From Octopus bimaculoides (Eukaryota), in NCBI RefSeq assembly GCF_001194135.2, contig NC_068987.1, forward strand, positions 81,838,597-81,902,596: a stretch of DNA of 64,000 bases, read 5' to 3'. Under the pieces are notes generated by a model that searched no databases, was not told the origin of the DNA, and was given only the letters and a program-made list of their open reading frames with translations. Numbering within the stretch: the stretch's first letter is position 1; every line of letters begins with the position of its first letter. The position numbers and the translations under genes were made by a program. This document shows positions 38,216-50,455 of this stretch, piece after piece.

Positions 38216-38868
38216 TCATCATCATCATCATCACCGTTTAACGTCCGCTTTCCATGCTAGCATGGGTTGGACGATTTGACTGAGGACTGGTGAAACCGGA
38301 TGGCAACACCAGGCTCCAATCTAATTTGGCAGAGTTTCTACAGCTGGATGCCCTTCCTAACGCCAACCACTCAGAGAGTGTAGTGGATGCTTTTACGTGT
38401 CACCCGCACGAAAACGGCCACGCTCGAAATGGTGTCTTTTATGTGCCNNNNNNNNNNNNNNNNNNNNNNNNNNNNNNNNNNNNNNNNNNNNNNNNNNNNN
38501 NNNNNNNNNNNNNNNNNNNNNNNNNNNNNNNNNNNNNNNNNNNNNNNNNNNNNNNNNNNNNNNNNNNNNNNNNNNNNNNNNNNNNNNNNNNNNNNNNNNC
38601 CCGCACAAGCCAGTCCAGGGGCACTGGCAACGATCTCACTCGAAAATCCTACGGGAGCCAGTCAGGCGGTACTGGCAACGGCCACGCTCAAAATGGTGCA
38701 TCTCATGTGCCACCTGCACAAGAGCCAGTCCAGGGGCACTGGCAACGATCTTACTTGGCTTGCCGGGTCTTCTCACGCACAGCACATTTCCAAAGGTCTC
38801 GGTCAGTAGTCATCGCCTCGGTGAGGCCCAATGTACTAAGGTCTTGCCTCACCACCTCAGCCATGCAC
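38216..38868 (-). mobile_element. RTE 3' end (family C), gap-interrupted
   Basis: ORF2 end AEVVRQDL...REKTRQAK plus UTR. Confidence 0.85.
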
Positions 38869-39499
38869 ATATATATATGTGTGTGTGTGTGTGTTTATAT
38901 GCATGTATGTTTGTATTCTGCATATTCATGTATTTGTATGTGCATTTATGTGTGTGTGTTTGTGTGTGTACCTCTGTCTCCTTGTGTATGTGTGTGCTAG
39001 TTTGTATATGGTCATGTTTCCATCTCCTTTTGTGTGTGCTGTTTACCTCCCTATATATATATATATATATATATTCATTCACCTACATAACAGCCTACTA
39101 ATAAATCTACCCGTGTATGTATAAACTGTGGGTATTGGAGTATCACTAACTTCTACATGTATCCCCTATTAAGTACAGGGGATGCTTCATTTATGAGGAT
39201 CTACTCCTGTATCTGTCTGAGTGTTGGGTCCTTCAGGTGCTTGGATAAGATGCAGATGCCAAGATCAACATTGGGTTGACTTGACATGTTGGTAGAGTAT
39301 GGAGGACTGTTTTTTGTCATCATATTGTCTCAAATGTTCGTTTAATCTCTCCACAATGCTTCTAGATGTCTCACCAATGTAGATTACCTACATAATCACC
39401 GTAAAGGTTACCTAATTGATTGAGGATGAAGGGAATGCAGAAGGATGACACTTCTAGATATTTCAAAATTATGATGCTATGTGTTTCCATTATTTTGTC

Positions 39500-40340
39500 C
39501 AGCCCCTGTGTATGAGTAAAAGGCAGACTGTATGATGCATGTGTACGAACAGCCATGCTACATGGAAGTGAAACATGGGCCATGATTGCTGAGGACATGT
39601 GTAAGCTCACAAGAAACGAAGCCAGTATGCTCCGTTGGATGTGTAATGTCAGTGTGCATTTTCGACAGTGTAAGTACCTTGAAAGAAAAGTTAGACCTAA
39701 GAAGCATCAGTTGTGGTGTGCAAGAGAGACAATTGCGCTGGTATGGTCATGTGGCGAGAATGGATGAGAATACCTGTGTGAAAAAGTGGCACACCCTAGC
39801 AGTTGAGGGAACCTGTGGAAGAGATAGGCTCAGGAAGACCTGGGATGAGGTGGTGAAGCACGACCTTCAAACATTAGGCCTCACTGAGGCAATGACTAGT
39901 GACCAAGACCTTTGGAAATATGCTGTGCGTGAGAAGACCTGGCAAGCCAAGTGAGACCATAATCCTTTGCCAGGGGTGTAGCCAGTCCACTTATGCATAC
40001 CTTTCCTTCATTGGACACTAAACTCTGCTCACGAAGACCTGTTGAGGCAAGTGAAATCGAAATTGAACCAAATTCGACTGGCACCATGCCAACCTTTCCT
40101 TCATTGGACACTAAACTTGGCTTGTGAAGACCTGTTGGGACAAGTGAAATCAAAATCGTAATTGAACAAAATTCAATGACTGGCACCTGTGCCAGTGGAG
40201 CGCTAACAGCACTGTCTGAGTGTGATCATTGCCAGAGCAGCTGTCTGGCTTCCATGCCGTTGGCACATAAATAGCACCTTTGAGCATGATCGTTACCAGC
40301 GTCACCTTACTGGCACTTGTACCGGTGGCACGTGTAAAAA
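39500..40340 (+). mobile_element. RTE LINE 3' fragment
   Basis: MLHGSETWAM...MLRWMCNV; QERQLRWYGHVARMDE...VEGTCGRDRLRKTWDEVV. Confidence 0.9.
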
Positions 40341-40477
40341 ACATACAAATACATGAATATGCAGAATACAAACATACATGCATACAAACACACACACACA
40401 CACATATATATATGTGCATACATATACACACATATATACATGCATACAAACACACACACACACACATATATATATGT

Positions 40478-40990
40478 GCATGGCTGAGGTGGTGAGGCAA
40501 GACCTTAGTACATTGGGCCTCACTGAGGCGATGACTACTGACCGAGACCTTTGGAAATGTGCTGTGCGTGAGAAGACCCGGCAAGCCAAGTAAGATCGTT
40601 GCCAGTGCCCCTGGACTGGCTCTTGTGCAGGTGGCACATGAGATGCACCATTTTGAGCGTGGCCGTTGCCAGTACCGCCTGACTGGCTCCCGTAGGATTT
40701 TTGAGTGAGATCGTTGCCAGTGCCGCTGGACTGGCTCCTGTGCAGGTGGCACATAAAAATACCATTTTGAGTGTGGCCGTTGCCAGTACTGCCTGACTGG
40801 CCTTTATGCCGGTGGCATGTAAAAGCACCCACTATATACTCAGAGTGGTTGGCATTAGGAAGGGCATCCAGTTGTAGAAACTCTGCCAGATCAGATTGGA
40901 ACCTGGTGCAGCCGTCTGGTTTGCTAGTCCTCAGTCACATCGTCCAACCCATGGCAACATGAAAAGCAGACGTTATACGATGATGATGAT
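40478..40990 (+). mobile_element. RTE 3' end with (GAT)n tail
   Basis: AEVVRQDLSTLGLTEAMTTDRDLWKCAVREKTRQAK plus UTR. Confidence 0.9.
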
Positions 40991-42244
40991 AATGATATAT
41001 ATATATATATAATATATATATATAGGCATAACTACAATTTAATGCTCCAGTAGTCACTCTCAAATTTGACCACATTTTTCTTATATATTTTTTTTTTTTA
41101 TTGTATCAATTTTTGATATACTTTTCTCTGTTAGATCCCTCTTATTTAGATCTTATAAGAAATCTTAATTGTACTGCTCTTTTTTTTTCTTAGATATCAC
41201 AGATACGATATCATGAAGATTATTTTAGGCCTTCCTTCTGTTCTGATCTGACATCTTTTTGTCCTATAAGTTTTTTGGTTTTTTTCACTGCACCAAGCTT
41301 GATGTAGTTAATAGAATAATATTTTTCTCATTCAGGTCTCTTAAGAAAATGTAACTAAACAGATAATAAAGAAATAAGGAAATTTCGCTGATGGGAAGTT
41401 GCATTTATGCATCACTCTCATATTTCCTGAATACAAATAACTTTATTGAAACATTCGTAACCCAATTTTCCATTTTAATATCACAAAATATAGTGAAGTG
41501 CTGGTTCTTTTCAAAGAACATAATTATATTTCATTTGATCAGGAATTGGATTAGCTAAGGGGCATAAAAATGGTCGTGAAACACTAAATATTGACCTTAA
41601 TATTATTCATTTACTGTTCTAATCACCTGTCGCACACTTTTCAATACTTACCCACTCACCTTTTCTTTCCTTTCTGCTTATTCTCTCACATCTCTCTCTT
41701 CAAGTGGGGAAGCCATGTGTTCACTTATTCAGCAAGACATCTGTTCTTGTCCCTCTATAATCATCACTATTATACCCTACTCAGTAGAAAGGTCTTTTCT
41801 TGCGAGTACTCAGTGACCTCACCAATGCTGGTGCCACATAAAAAAAGCACCCAGTACATTCTATAAAGTGGTTGGTATTAGGAAGGACATCCAGCCATAG
41901 ACACCATACCAAAGTAGACATTAAAGCTCAGCACAATCCTCTGGATCGTCCATGTTGAACCATCTGACCCATGCCAACATAGAAAAATGGACGTTAAACG
42001 GTTCTGATGATGATGATGCTGTGTGTCAATGATGAGGCAGCCAATTGGCAAAGTCATTAGAGCATTAGATTGCTTTCAGACAACCATTTTGTTTCCCTGC
42101 TCTCTTAGTTAAAATCTTTCAAAGGTCAGCTTTGCCTTTCATTCAGTTTTTGGTTAAAATTAAAATATCATTTGAATGCTGGTGTCAATTCTTCACCTTT
42201 TTAAACTTTTTTCTTTCTGCCTGTCTTTTTCTTTGACTCTGATC

Positions 42245-43110
42245 AAACCTAGAGAAGAGAGGGGTCCACCTGGTCATCCTAAGACAAGGCATATGTCATG
42301 ACTTGCACTGGACAAAGCACATCTCTAAAATTGTTAAGAAGGCCGAGGGTGTCCTGGCATTACTCAGCAAGACCTTTGTCAGCCACTCTTCAGCTATCTA
42401 TTTAAGGCTGCATATGGCTATGATGTGGCCACACTTGGAATTTGCATCACCAGTCTGGAACTCCTATCTTGCTCAGAACATTGACCTTGTGGAAACTGTT
42501 CAGATGTGCAACCAAGCAAATACCCTCAATCAGGCATTTACCATTCTCTGAATACCTTGCTTCATGGGGTAGAGATACATGAGTGCTGATGTCTAGCAAC
42601 TGGCCTGGTAAACACCCACAAAATTATTAACCATCGTGCCAACAACAACCTTGAGAACCGTTTTGAATTCCCTGGTGTGAGGGTGGTTGCTATGGCATTG
42701 AGGTAGACCTGGCCACTTCCCGTTAACGGGGACAAAACCCGGATTTAAAACACTGGATGCTGATGATGATGTGTCTAACACATGTGACCATGCCAACAAA
42801 GCCAAAAAACCGCACAGCTCCTATAACTTTCGCAAACATTTTTTTCCACACTCAGAGTTGTTGAAGCATGGAACAAACTACCTGCATTAGTTGTTAGCTG
42901 CGGAAACATTGCATCTTTTAAAACCACCATGCTTCCTGAAATTTGCCAACACTATACCTGATATCTTCCCCACCTTCATACACACATGTATATCATGACT
43001 CGTACGCTGTTCACTTTCCTCACCTTTGTACATAATTCTATGTACTGTACATTCACCTTTGATGAATTGTAGTGCACCTGAACACTATGCACAATTTCAT
43101 TATTATTATA
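42245..43110 (+). mobile_element. CR1/L2-type LINE 3' fragment with (ATT)n tail; short (GAT)n-tailed insert at 42660-42770
   Basis: WTKHISKIVKKAEGVL...WPHLEFASPVWNSY...VETVQ; FF..RV..AWNKLP..VV...SFK. Confidence 0.85.
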
Positions 43111-43439
43111 ATACCTCTATTATTCCATCAAGTGGTTAAAGGCTCATGGTATAACAGGGCATATGCATATATTTACATAGACATATTCATTTACAAATAC
43201 ATGTGTGTGTGTGTGTGTATTGGTGCTGGTAGCATGTAAAAAGCACTAAGACCACTCTGTAAGGTGGTTGGTGTTAGAAAACGCATCCAGCCATAAAAAC
43301 CCTAGAAAAACAGACAGTGAAGCCTGGAGCAGTCTTCTGTCTAGCCAGCCCCTGTCAAACCATCCAACCCATGCCAGAATGGAAAACATAAGCTGAATGA
43401 TGCTGATATATATACACAAATATTTATATATACATACAA

Positions 43440-43692
43440 AGTACCTTGGATCGTAGGGCAACCTGCTGTGCTTGAGGAGACCTATTGAGTCAAGTACATC
43501 AACATCAAAATGAAAATCAAACGGAAATTATAGTTGTGATACCCATGCCAGTGGCATGTAAAAAGCACCATCTGAACATGGCCGATGCCAGTGCTGCCTT
43601 GACTGGCTTCCGTACCGGTGGCACGTAAAAGAGCACCCACTACACTCATGGAGCAGTTGGTGTTAGGAAGGGCATCCAGCTGTAGAAACATT
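43440..43692 (+). mobile_element. RTE 3'-UTR fragment
   Basis: Matches family C. Confidence 0.75.
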
Positions 43693-45045
43693 GCCTGAAC
43701 ATCTGCCACATACAAAAACTAACTTCGTAGTTAATCTGCCTTTGATATTGCTGCACCTCTTATGTGTCCATAGCTTGCACCGGGTACATCTTATAGAGTT
43801 ACTACCTACTCCTTTTCTACATACTGAGCAGGACCATCTACCTGAAGGGGTTTGTGTTTTATCTACCTTCCTACTTATTAGGATTTTTGTTTTTGCTAGG
43901 TTGACTCTAAGGCCCTTCGATTCTAGTCCTTGCTTCCACACCTGAAACTTCTCCTCTNNNNNNNNNNNNNNNNNNNNNNNNNNNNNNNNNNNNNNNNNNN
44001 NNNNNNNNNNNNNNNNNNNNNNNNNNNNNNNNNNNNNNNNNNNNNNNNNNNNNNNNNNNNNNNNNNNNNNNNNNNNNNNNNNNNNNNNNNNNNNNNNNNN
44101 NNNNNNNNNNNNNNNNNNNNNNNNNNNNNNNNNNNNNNNNNNNNNNNNNNNNNNNNNNNNNNNNNNNNNNNNNNNNNNNNNNNNNNNNNNNNNNNNNNNN
44201 NNNNNNNNNNNNNNNNNNNNNNNNNNNNNNNNNNNNNNNNNNNNNNNNNNNNNNNNNNNNNNNNNNNNNNNNNNNNNNNNNNNNNNNNNNNNNNNNNNNN
44301 NNNNNNNNNNNNNNNNNNNNNNNNNNNNNNNNNNNNNNNNNNNNNNNNNNNNNNNNNNNNNNNNNNNNNNNNNNNNNNNNNNNNNNNNNNNNNNNNNNNN
44401 NNNNNNNNNNNNNNNNNNNNNNNNNNNNNNNNNNNNNNNNNNNNNNNNNNNNNNNNNNNNNNNNNNNNNNNNNNNNNNNNNNNNNNNNNNNNNNNNNNNN
44501 NNNNNNNNNNNNNNNNNNNNNNNNNNNNNNNNNNNNNNNNNNNNNNNNNNNNNNNNNNNAAGCATCACCTTTACCTTTGTAGCAGTGGACTATGGTGCTG
44601 CTACACCAGTCATTGGGTATGACTCCTTCGTGTATCACCTGGTTCGTAATACAGGTGACTAGGCTGTAGCCAACACTGCCAGATATTTTGAGCATCTCTG
44701 CAGTGATTCCTGATGGGCCGGGGGCTTTCCCTGTCTTCATACTCTTAATTGCTTTATCTACCCTGGTACTGTCAACTCGGATAGCTGGTCCCTCTGTTGG
44801 GTCGACATACGGCAGGCTCTTTTTCTCCCATTCATTCTCTTTATTAAGCAATCTATCGTAGTGGTATCTCCAGACCTCTTTCTTTGCAGTCTCATTTAGA
44901 GCAAGCGTACCATCATCCATGCAAACTCATTTCTCTCCTACAACATCACTATTCTCTCTCCTACACTGTCTTGCAACACGAAATACCTCGAGTCTTTGGT
45001 CCTCACAGTGCAGAACATTGGCAAATCTTTTCTTATCTGCTTCCC
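43693..45045 (-). mobile_element. RTE ORF2 fragment (RT region, gap-interrupted) with PHD-like finger
   Basis: MKTGKAPGPSGITAEMLK...WCSSTIVHCYKGKGDA; GLRVNLAKTK; CSVC...CTRC...H..C...CGRC. Confidence 0.9.
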
Positions 45046-45088
45046 CTCTGGCTAAATGTATACAAATATATATATATATATATATATA

Positions 45089-45193
45089 CTTTATTTAAAA
45101 GCAGCAGAAATATAACAAAAAAACTGTTACTCTGAGTTTCACGTTCACGTTCATCGGACTTTTTTGTTATATTTCTGCTGCTTTTAAATAAAG
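45089..45193 (-). repeat. Perfect 34-bp inverted arms enclosing a hammerhead-like motif
   Basis: ctttatttaaaagcagcagaaatataacaaaaaa / its exact reverse complement; on the minus strand the loop reads CCGATGA-ACGT/ACGT-GAAACTC-A-GAGTA. Confidence 0.75.
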
Positions 45194-45263
45194 CATATTA
45201 CTCTACCTCTGGTATTTGAGTACTCTTTTTTCCACCTTGTTGCACATTTCATGTGCTTACTCG

Positions 45264-45303
<40 letters not shown>

Positions 45304-45319
45304 TGGCTTCTCTATTTGA

Positions 45320-46040
45320 TTATGAGACTGACGCGCTGCCTACTGTGCTACCATGTGTTGCGTCTGGATGAGGTCAGCTGTGTGAAAAAATGTCACATCC
45401 TGGCAGTAGAGGGAACCTGTGGAAGAGGTAAACCCAGGAAGACCTGGGATGATGTGGTGAAGCACGACCTTTGAACGTTGAGCCTCCTGGAGGTGATGAC
45501 AAGTGACCGAGACCTATGGAGATATGCTGTGCTTGAGAAGACCCGGCAAGCCAAGTGAGACTGTAACCATGGCCTATACCAGTGCAGCATAACCGGCCCT
45601 TTTAAGAGGACCCTTCAATCACTGAGCAATAAACTGCACTTGTGAAGATCTGTTGAGTCAAGTGAAGCCATTGTTGTGGCCGATGACATTACTACCTGAT
45701 AGGCACCCATGCTGGAGGCATGTAAAAAGCTCCATTCGAGCGTGGTCAATGCCAGTGCTGGCTGACTGGCTCCCATGCTAGTGGCATGTAAAAAGCACCG
45801 TTCAAGTGCGGTTGATGCCACTACCACCTGACAGGCCCTTGTGCCAGTGGCAAGTAAAAAGCACCCACTACACTCTTGGTGTGGTTGGCGTTAGGAAGGG
45901 CATCCAGTTGTAGAAACATTGCAACATTGCCAGATGAGATTAGAGCCTGGTACAGTCTTCTGGCTTACCAGCCCTAAGTCAAACCATCCAACCCTTGCCA
46001 GCATAGAAAGCGGACGTTAAACGATGATGATGATGATGAT
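45320..46040 (+). mobile_element. RTE LINE 3' end with (GAT)n tail
   Basis: HVLRLDEVSCVKKCHILAVEGTCGRGKPRKTWDDVVKHDL plus UTR. Confidence 0.9.
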
Positions 46041-46539
46041 GCTATATTCCAGCACCACATAAAAAGTATTCAGTACACTCTGTAAAGAGGCAAGCATTAG
46101 GGAGGTTACCCAGCCATAGAAAGCATGCCAAAACAGATGACTGGAGCATGGTGCAGTTCTCCAGCTGGCCAGTTCTTGTAAACTGTCCAACCCATGCCAG
46201 CATGGAAAACAGATGTTGAATGACAATGATGATGATGATATATGTGTGTGTGTTTTTGGAAAAAAAAAAAAACTTATTTACAATCCAGTCCACATAAATA
46301 CATGCAAATATATACCATGGATGTTTGATTAAAATATTTTTTAAAATACTTTTCATATTTTCTGTGGATATTTGAAATTTTTAAAGCTTTCTTTACAGAA
46401 TATTTACATTTACAATTTGGCTTCTTTGCTACGCTTATAATATCATTATATGTTTAGCAAGCAGCTGAGCAAGGGAAATTAGTTGCTGAGTGATGCTGGT
46501 GAATTGAAATGGCCATCCATTATATTCCAACAGAGCAGT

Positions 46540-46698
46540 TATTGGAACATATATGTATGCACATAATTACATAAATGTATATACATGATCATATATACGT
46601 ACATATACATACATACATATGTACACATATATATATAGATACATAAATGCATACAAATGTACACATAAATATATGTACACATATATATATATATATAT

Positions 46699-46739
<41 letters not shown>

Positions 46740-46999
46740 CGCATACATATATACATACACAAATATATGCACAAACGCACATGTGTGTATATATATATAT
46801 ATATGTATATTTCTATACACACACATATATAAATACATAAATACATATATAAGTACATATATATATATATGTAAATACATATATAAATGCATACATATAT
46901 ACACATATATATGCATATATATACACACACACACACACATGCAAAATTGATACATACATTCATATACATATAATCATACACACACACATATGTATATAC

Positions 47000-47037
<38 letters not shown>

Positions 47038-47254
47038 ATTTAGCAAGTGAGTTTATAAGGCAAAAATGCAAGCACTAAAAATATATTGTATTAGTGAACA
47101 TTATGGCTGGTCATATCCATTATCAGTTCACTGAATACACCATCTCAGTAGATTTGATTAGAGCAGACTTAAACCTGTAGAAAATCACATGGGGAACATT
47201 ATCTCAAAGAAGAAAAATTTTATTACAAGTTCTTTCTTATCATACATACATACT

Positions 47255-47316
<62 letters not shown>

Positions 47317-47320
47317 TATA
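46540..47320. repeat. Extended mixed (TA)/(CA)/(TG) low-complexity region
   Basis: Directly visible. Confidence 0.9.
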
Positions 47321-47986
47321 CATATAAGTTTTTGTCTTTTCCTGTTCCGTGCAATTCTTTAATGTAGTTAATATATTATTTTTTTTTTATTGTTTCTTTT
47401 TAATATCTCTATTTTGTAAACGGTTCCTAATCAATAGGTGTAATAAAATCTCTATTGTATAGGTAATTTTGCAATTTTGCTCGAACAAGTTTTGTAGTCG
47501 ATGAATACAAACAGCATATTTTTATAAGATGGAGATCAAACAGGGGCAATAAGTAAATATACTATGTATTGATTTTTTTCAAAGGGACATGAGAAAATGT
47601 AGTCTGCAGTGCAGATAAATTTAGCTGCAGAAGCACCTTTCTTCTTCGGTGATTATTTAAAATTCTACACTAAGTCTACTGACTGTTTTCTGTGAAAACA
47701 AGTCATAAATTCTCATTAAATTACTAATACTCCAAGTCAAGAGGGATATTATATTCCACTTCCAAATTTCTTGAAAGAATATTGTATTAATTCTTGTTGG
47801 AAAATTATAATGCTGTTAGGTTCCAACAGAGGAAGAATGAAAAGAAACTATATATCTTGGGGGAGAAACAAGAAGAAAACTTGTCAGGAAGATAATTGAA
47901 ATAATGAGAATATAAGGAAATATACCAATTTTTATTGGATAGTAAATGGGACATGCTATCCCAAAAGACAACTTATGATAAATGAG

Positions 47987-48397
47987 AGAATTTGACAAAA
48001 TTTCAATCAATTTGGAATTATTATTATTTGAAGAATATATGTTAGAAAAGAATTTTTTGTACAAGTTTTCTTATGGTCATCATCTGTAAAATTTATTTGA
48101 TGGTTTATAAACCTCAAGTTCTTAGAATTTTGCAAAATTTCTATCAATTGAATTATATTTGAAGGTTATGTGTTTAAAAAAAAAAAATTTGTACAAGTTT
48201 TCTTATGTCATCAGCAGTAAAGTTTATTTGACACTTTATAAATGCTTAAATTCTTAGAATTTTTCAAAATTTCAATCAATTTTGAATTATATTCGAAGAT
48301 TATATGTTAGAAAAAAAATAAGATAACTTTTTTAAGCAAGTTGTGTTACGGTCATGATCAGAATGTCCATTTGATATAAATGCATAAATTCCTTAGA
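47987..48397. repeat. Diverged tandem repeat, 3 units of ~135 bp
   Basis: agaattt..caaaatttc.atcaatt recurs at 47987, 48124 and 48256. Confidence 0.85.
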
Positions 48398-49190
48398 CAC
48401 CACTACTAGTGAAACCAGAACAATTTCTCTAAACTAGTGCGTAGAATTACGAGCAATTGTTGAAAAATAACATCGAGATAGACAGCAGTGTCCTAATGCT
48501 TATACATATATATTTAACAATGAAATACTTTAGTTAATATGAAAAGAAATAGGGCTGATGGGAAAGATATATTAAGAAATGTTTCAACTGATGCTAATGT
48601 CTCCAACAAATAATCTAAATATGATGGAAGCTGTATTGTTAATGATGAGAGAGAATAATACTGCAGTGGGTGTTGATGATTCAAGCACAAGTAACAAGAG
48701 ATAACTGCATTAATTTGTAATTTTCTTTCATTTATTTCTTTGAATAACAAAATTGTGGCATTTATGGGAGAGTAAATAAGGCCATTAAGACAATTTCCTT
48801 TTCCTGTCACAATCTTCTCTATGCTTTTGTTAATACCATGAGCTCTATTGTTAATCTGAGTTTTGCACTCTACTCATTTTCAGGCCATTTCTACAAGACA
48901 GCTTCTACATGTTCACTTAACTTGCTAAAAATAAGAGCAAAATTTCTCTTAAATCACACCCTACCACTTTAATAATGATCACATATAGATACAGTGGACA
49001 GAAAAATAGATAATGATAAAAACAATGGACTTAGATGGAAAGCTTTAAATCATGAGGCTGCTTGTTCAGAACCAACCTGAGGCTAACCAATAAAAACCAA
49101 TAAAATGACAGCTTTTTTGATAGCAAAAAAGGGACATCTATAAGACTTGATAACTAATGTACAAAATAGTGTGGTTTATATAATCTGAGT

Positions 49191-49252
49191 TTAGCTCAGT
49201 TTCTCTGGTTGAAAAGAGGATTTAAAAGATTCACTAAACATCTCAACCTCTT
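49191..49252 (-). CDS. Candidate terminal coding exon (EVEMFSESFKSSFQPEKLS*)
   Basis: Acceptor ctctttttgttaatctatag|; phase 1 fits 50292-50455; ends in TAA. Confidence 0.2.
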
Positions 49253-49498
49253 CTATAGATTAACAAAAAGAGCCTTGCACCAAACTATTTCAAATCAATA
49301 TTCTAATAGATAGGCCAATAGGCATAGATATGGCAGTGTGATGAAGAGGCTTGCTTTGCAACCCCATGGTTTTCGGTTCAGTTCCACTACATGGCACCTT
49401 GGAAAATTGACTTCTATTATAGCCCTGGGCCAACCTCTGCCTTCTGAGTGGACTTGGAAGATGGAGGCTATGAGAAAGTTTGTGTGTGTGAGTGTGTA

Positions 49499-49539
<41 letters not shown>

Positions 49540-49542
<3 letters not shown>

Positions 49543-49700
49543 AGATTAAGCACATAAATGTGAAACGAGGTTGGAAAAAATAGTTTAACACTCGGGAAGT
49601 GAGAAAGTCTTTTACATTTCAAGCCTATGCTCTTCAACAGAAAGGAACACAAAAATAAACAGGGAGAGAAAGTAGAAAAAAGGTTTAGTGGCTAGCGATC
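49540..49700 (-). mobile_element. Penelope-pLTR-like repeat, third copy
   Basis: Minus strand reads gtgttcctttctgttgaagagcataggcttgaaatgtaaaagac. Confidence 0.6.
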
Positions 49701-50291
49701 AATCATAGCGAACACATGTATATATCATTATTCTCATTTAACATTTTCTTTCCTTACTGGCATGGGTTGAATAGTTTCATAGGAGCTGGCAAGTCAGAAA
49801 ACTGCCAAGTTCTGCTGTTTTAGCATGGTTTCTACAGCTGAATGCCCTTCCTAACATTAACCACTTTACAGAGTGTACTAGGTACCTTTTATGTAGCACC
49901 AGTGAGGTCACTAAGTTACACCTGCAAGACAAGACACCCCACCTCACCTAAGGTGGGTTTAGTATTGAGGGAGGTGGATTTGTGCCAGGTGATGAGAAGT
50001 TAGAGTATGGACAGAGGGACAAAATTGGGTGACCTACAGTAGAGAAAGTATATGACTACACACACATATAGATAGATAGACAGACAGACAGAGATATGTG
50101 TGTCCCACTTCATTTGACAATCAATGTTGGTACGTTTCAGTGGTTTGGCAAAAGAGACTGATACACCAAGTATCAGACGTAGATAAATTGACTTGGACTA
50201 CTTTTTCTTTTAAACTAAAAATCCCTTTCAAGGCAGTACCCCAGCATGGCCACAGTCCAGCAAAAGATAAAAGATATATTGTGATGAATAC

Positions 50292-50455
50292 CTTCATAAA
50301 CTGATAAAATTCTCTGCAAATAGTTCACAAAAGTCTGTGAAACATATTGCCACAGCCTATGAACTAGATTCTCTCTTGGCAAGTTAGAGAACAGTTTGGT
50401 TGTTACATTATCCCCATTTCTTCTCCATGACAAATCACAGGCTTTCATGTAAATG
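50292..50455 (-). CDS. Candidate exon, unidentified protein (IYMKACDLSW...YLQRILSVYE)
   Basis: 164-nt open frame, acceptor aattgcttctag|, donor GAAG|gtattc, unique sequence. Confidence 0.4.

Noticed and set aside
40590-40830. CRISPR-like repeat array
   Set aside because: Eukaryotic context with no unique spacers; the units are internal to an RTE 3'-UTR.
48514-48810. 98-aa minus-strand ORF
   Set aside because: No recognisable motif or convincing splice pair; its composition fits chance in pyrimidine-rich DNA.
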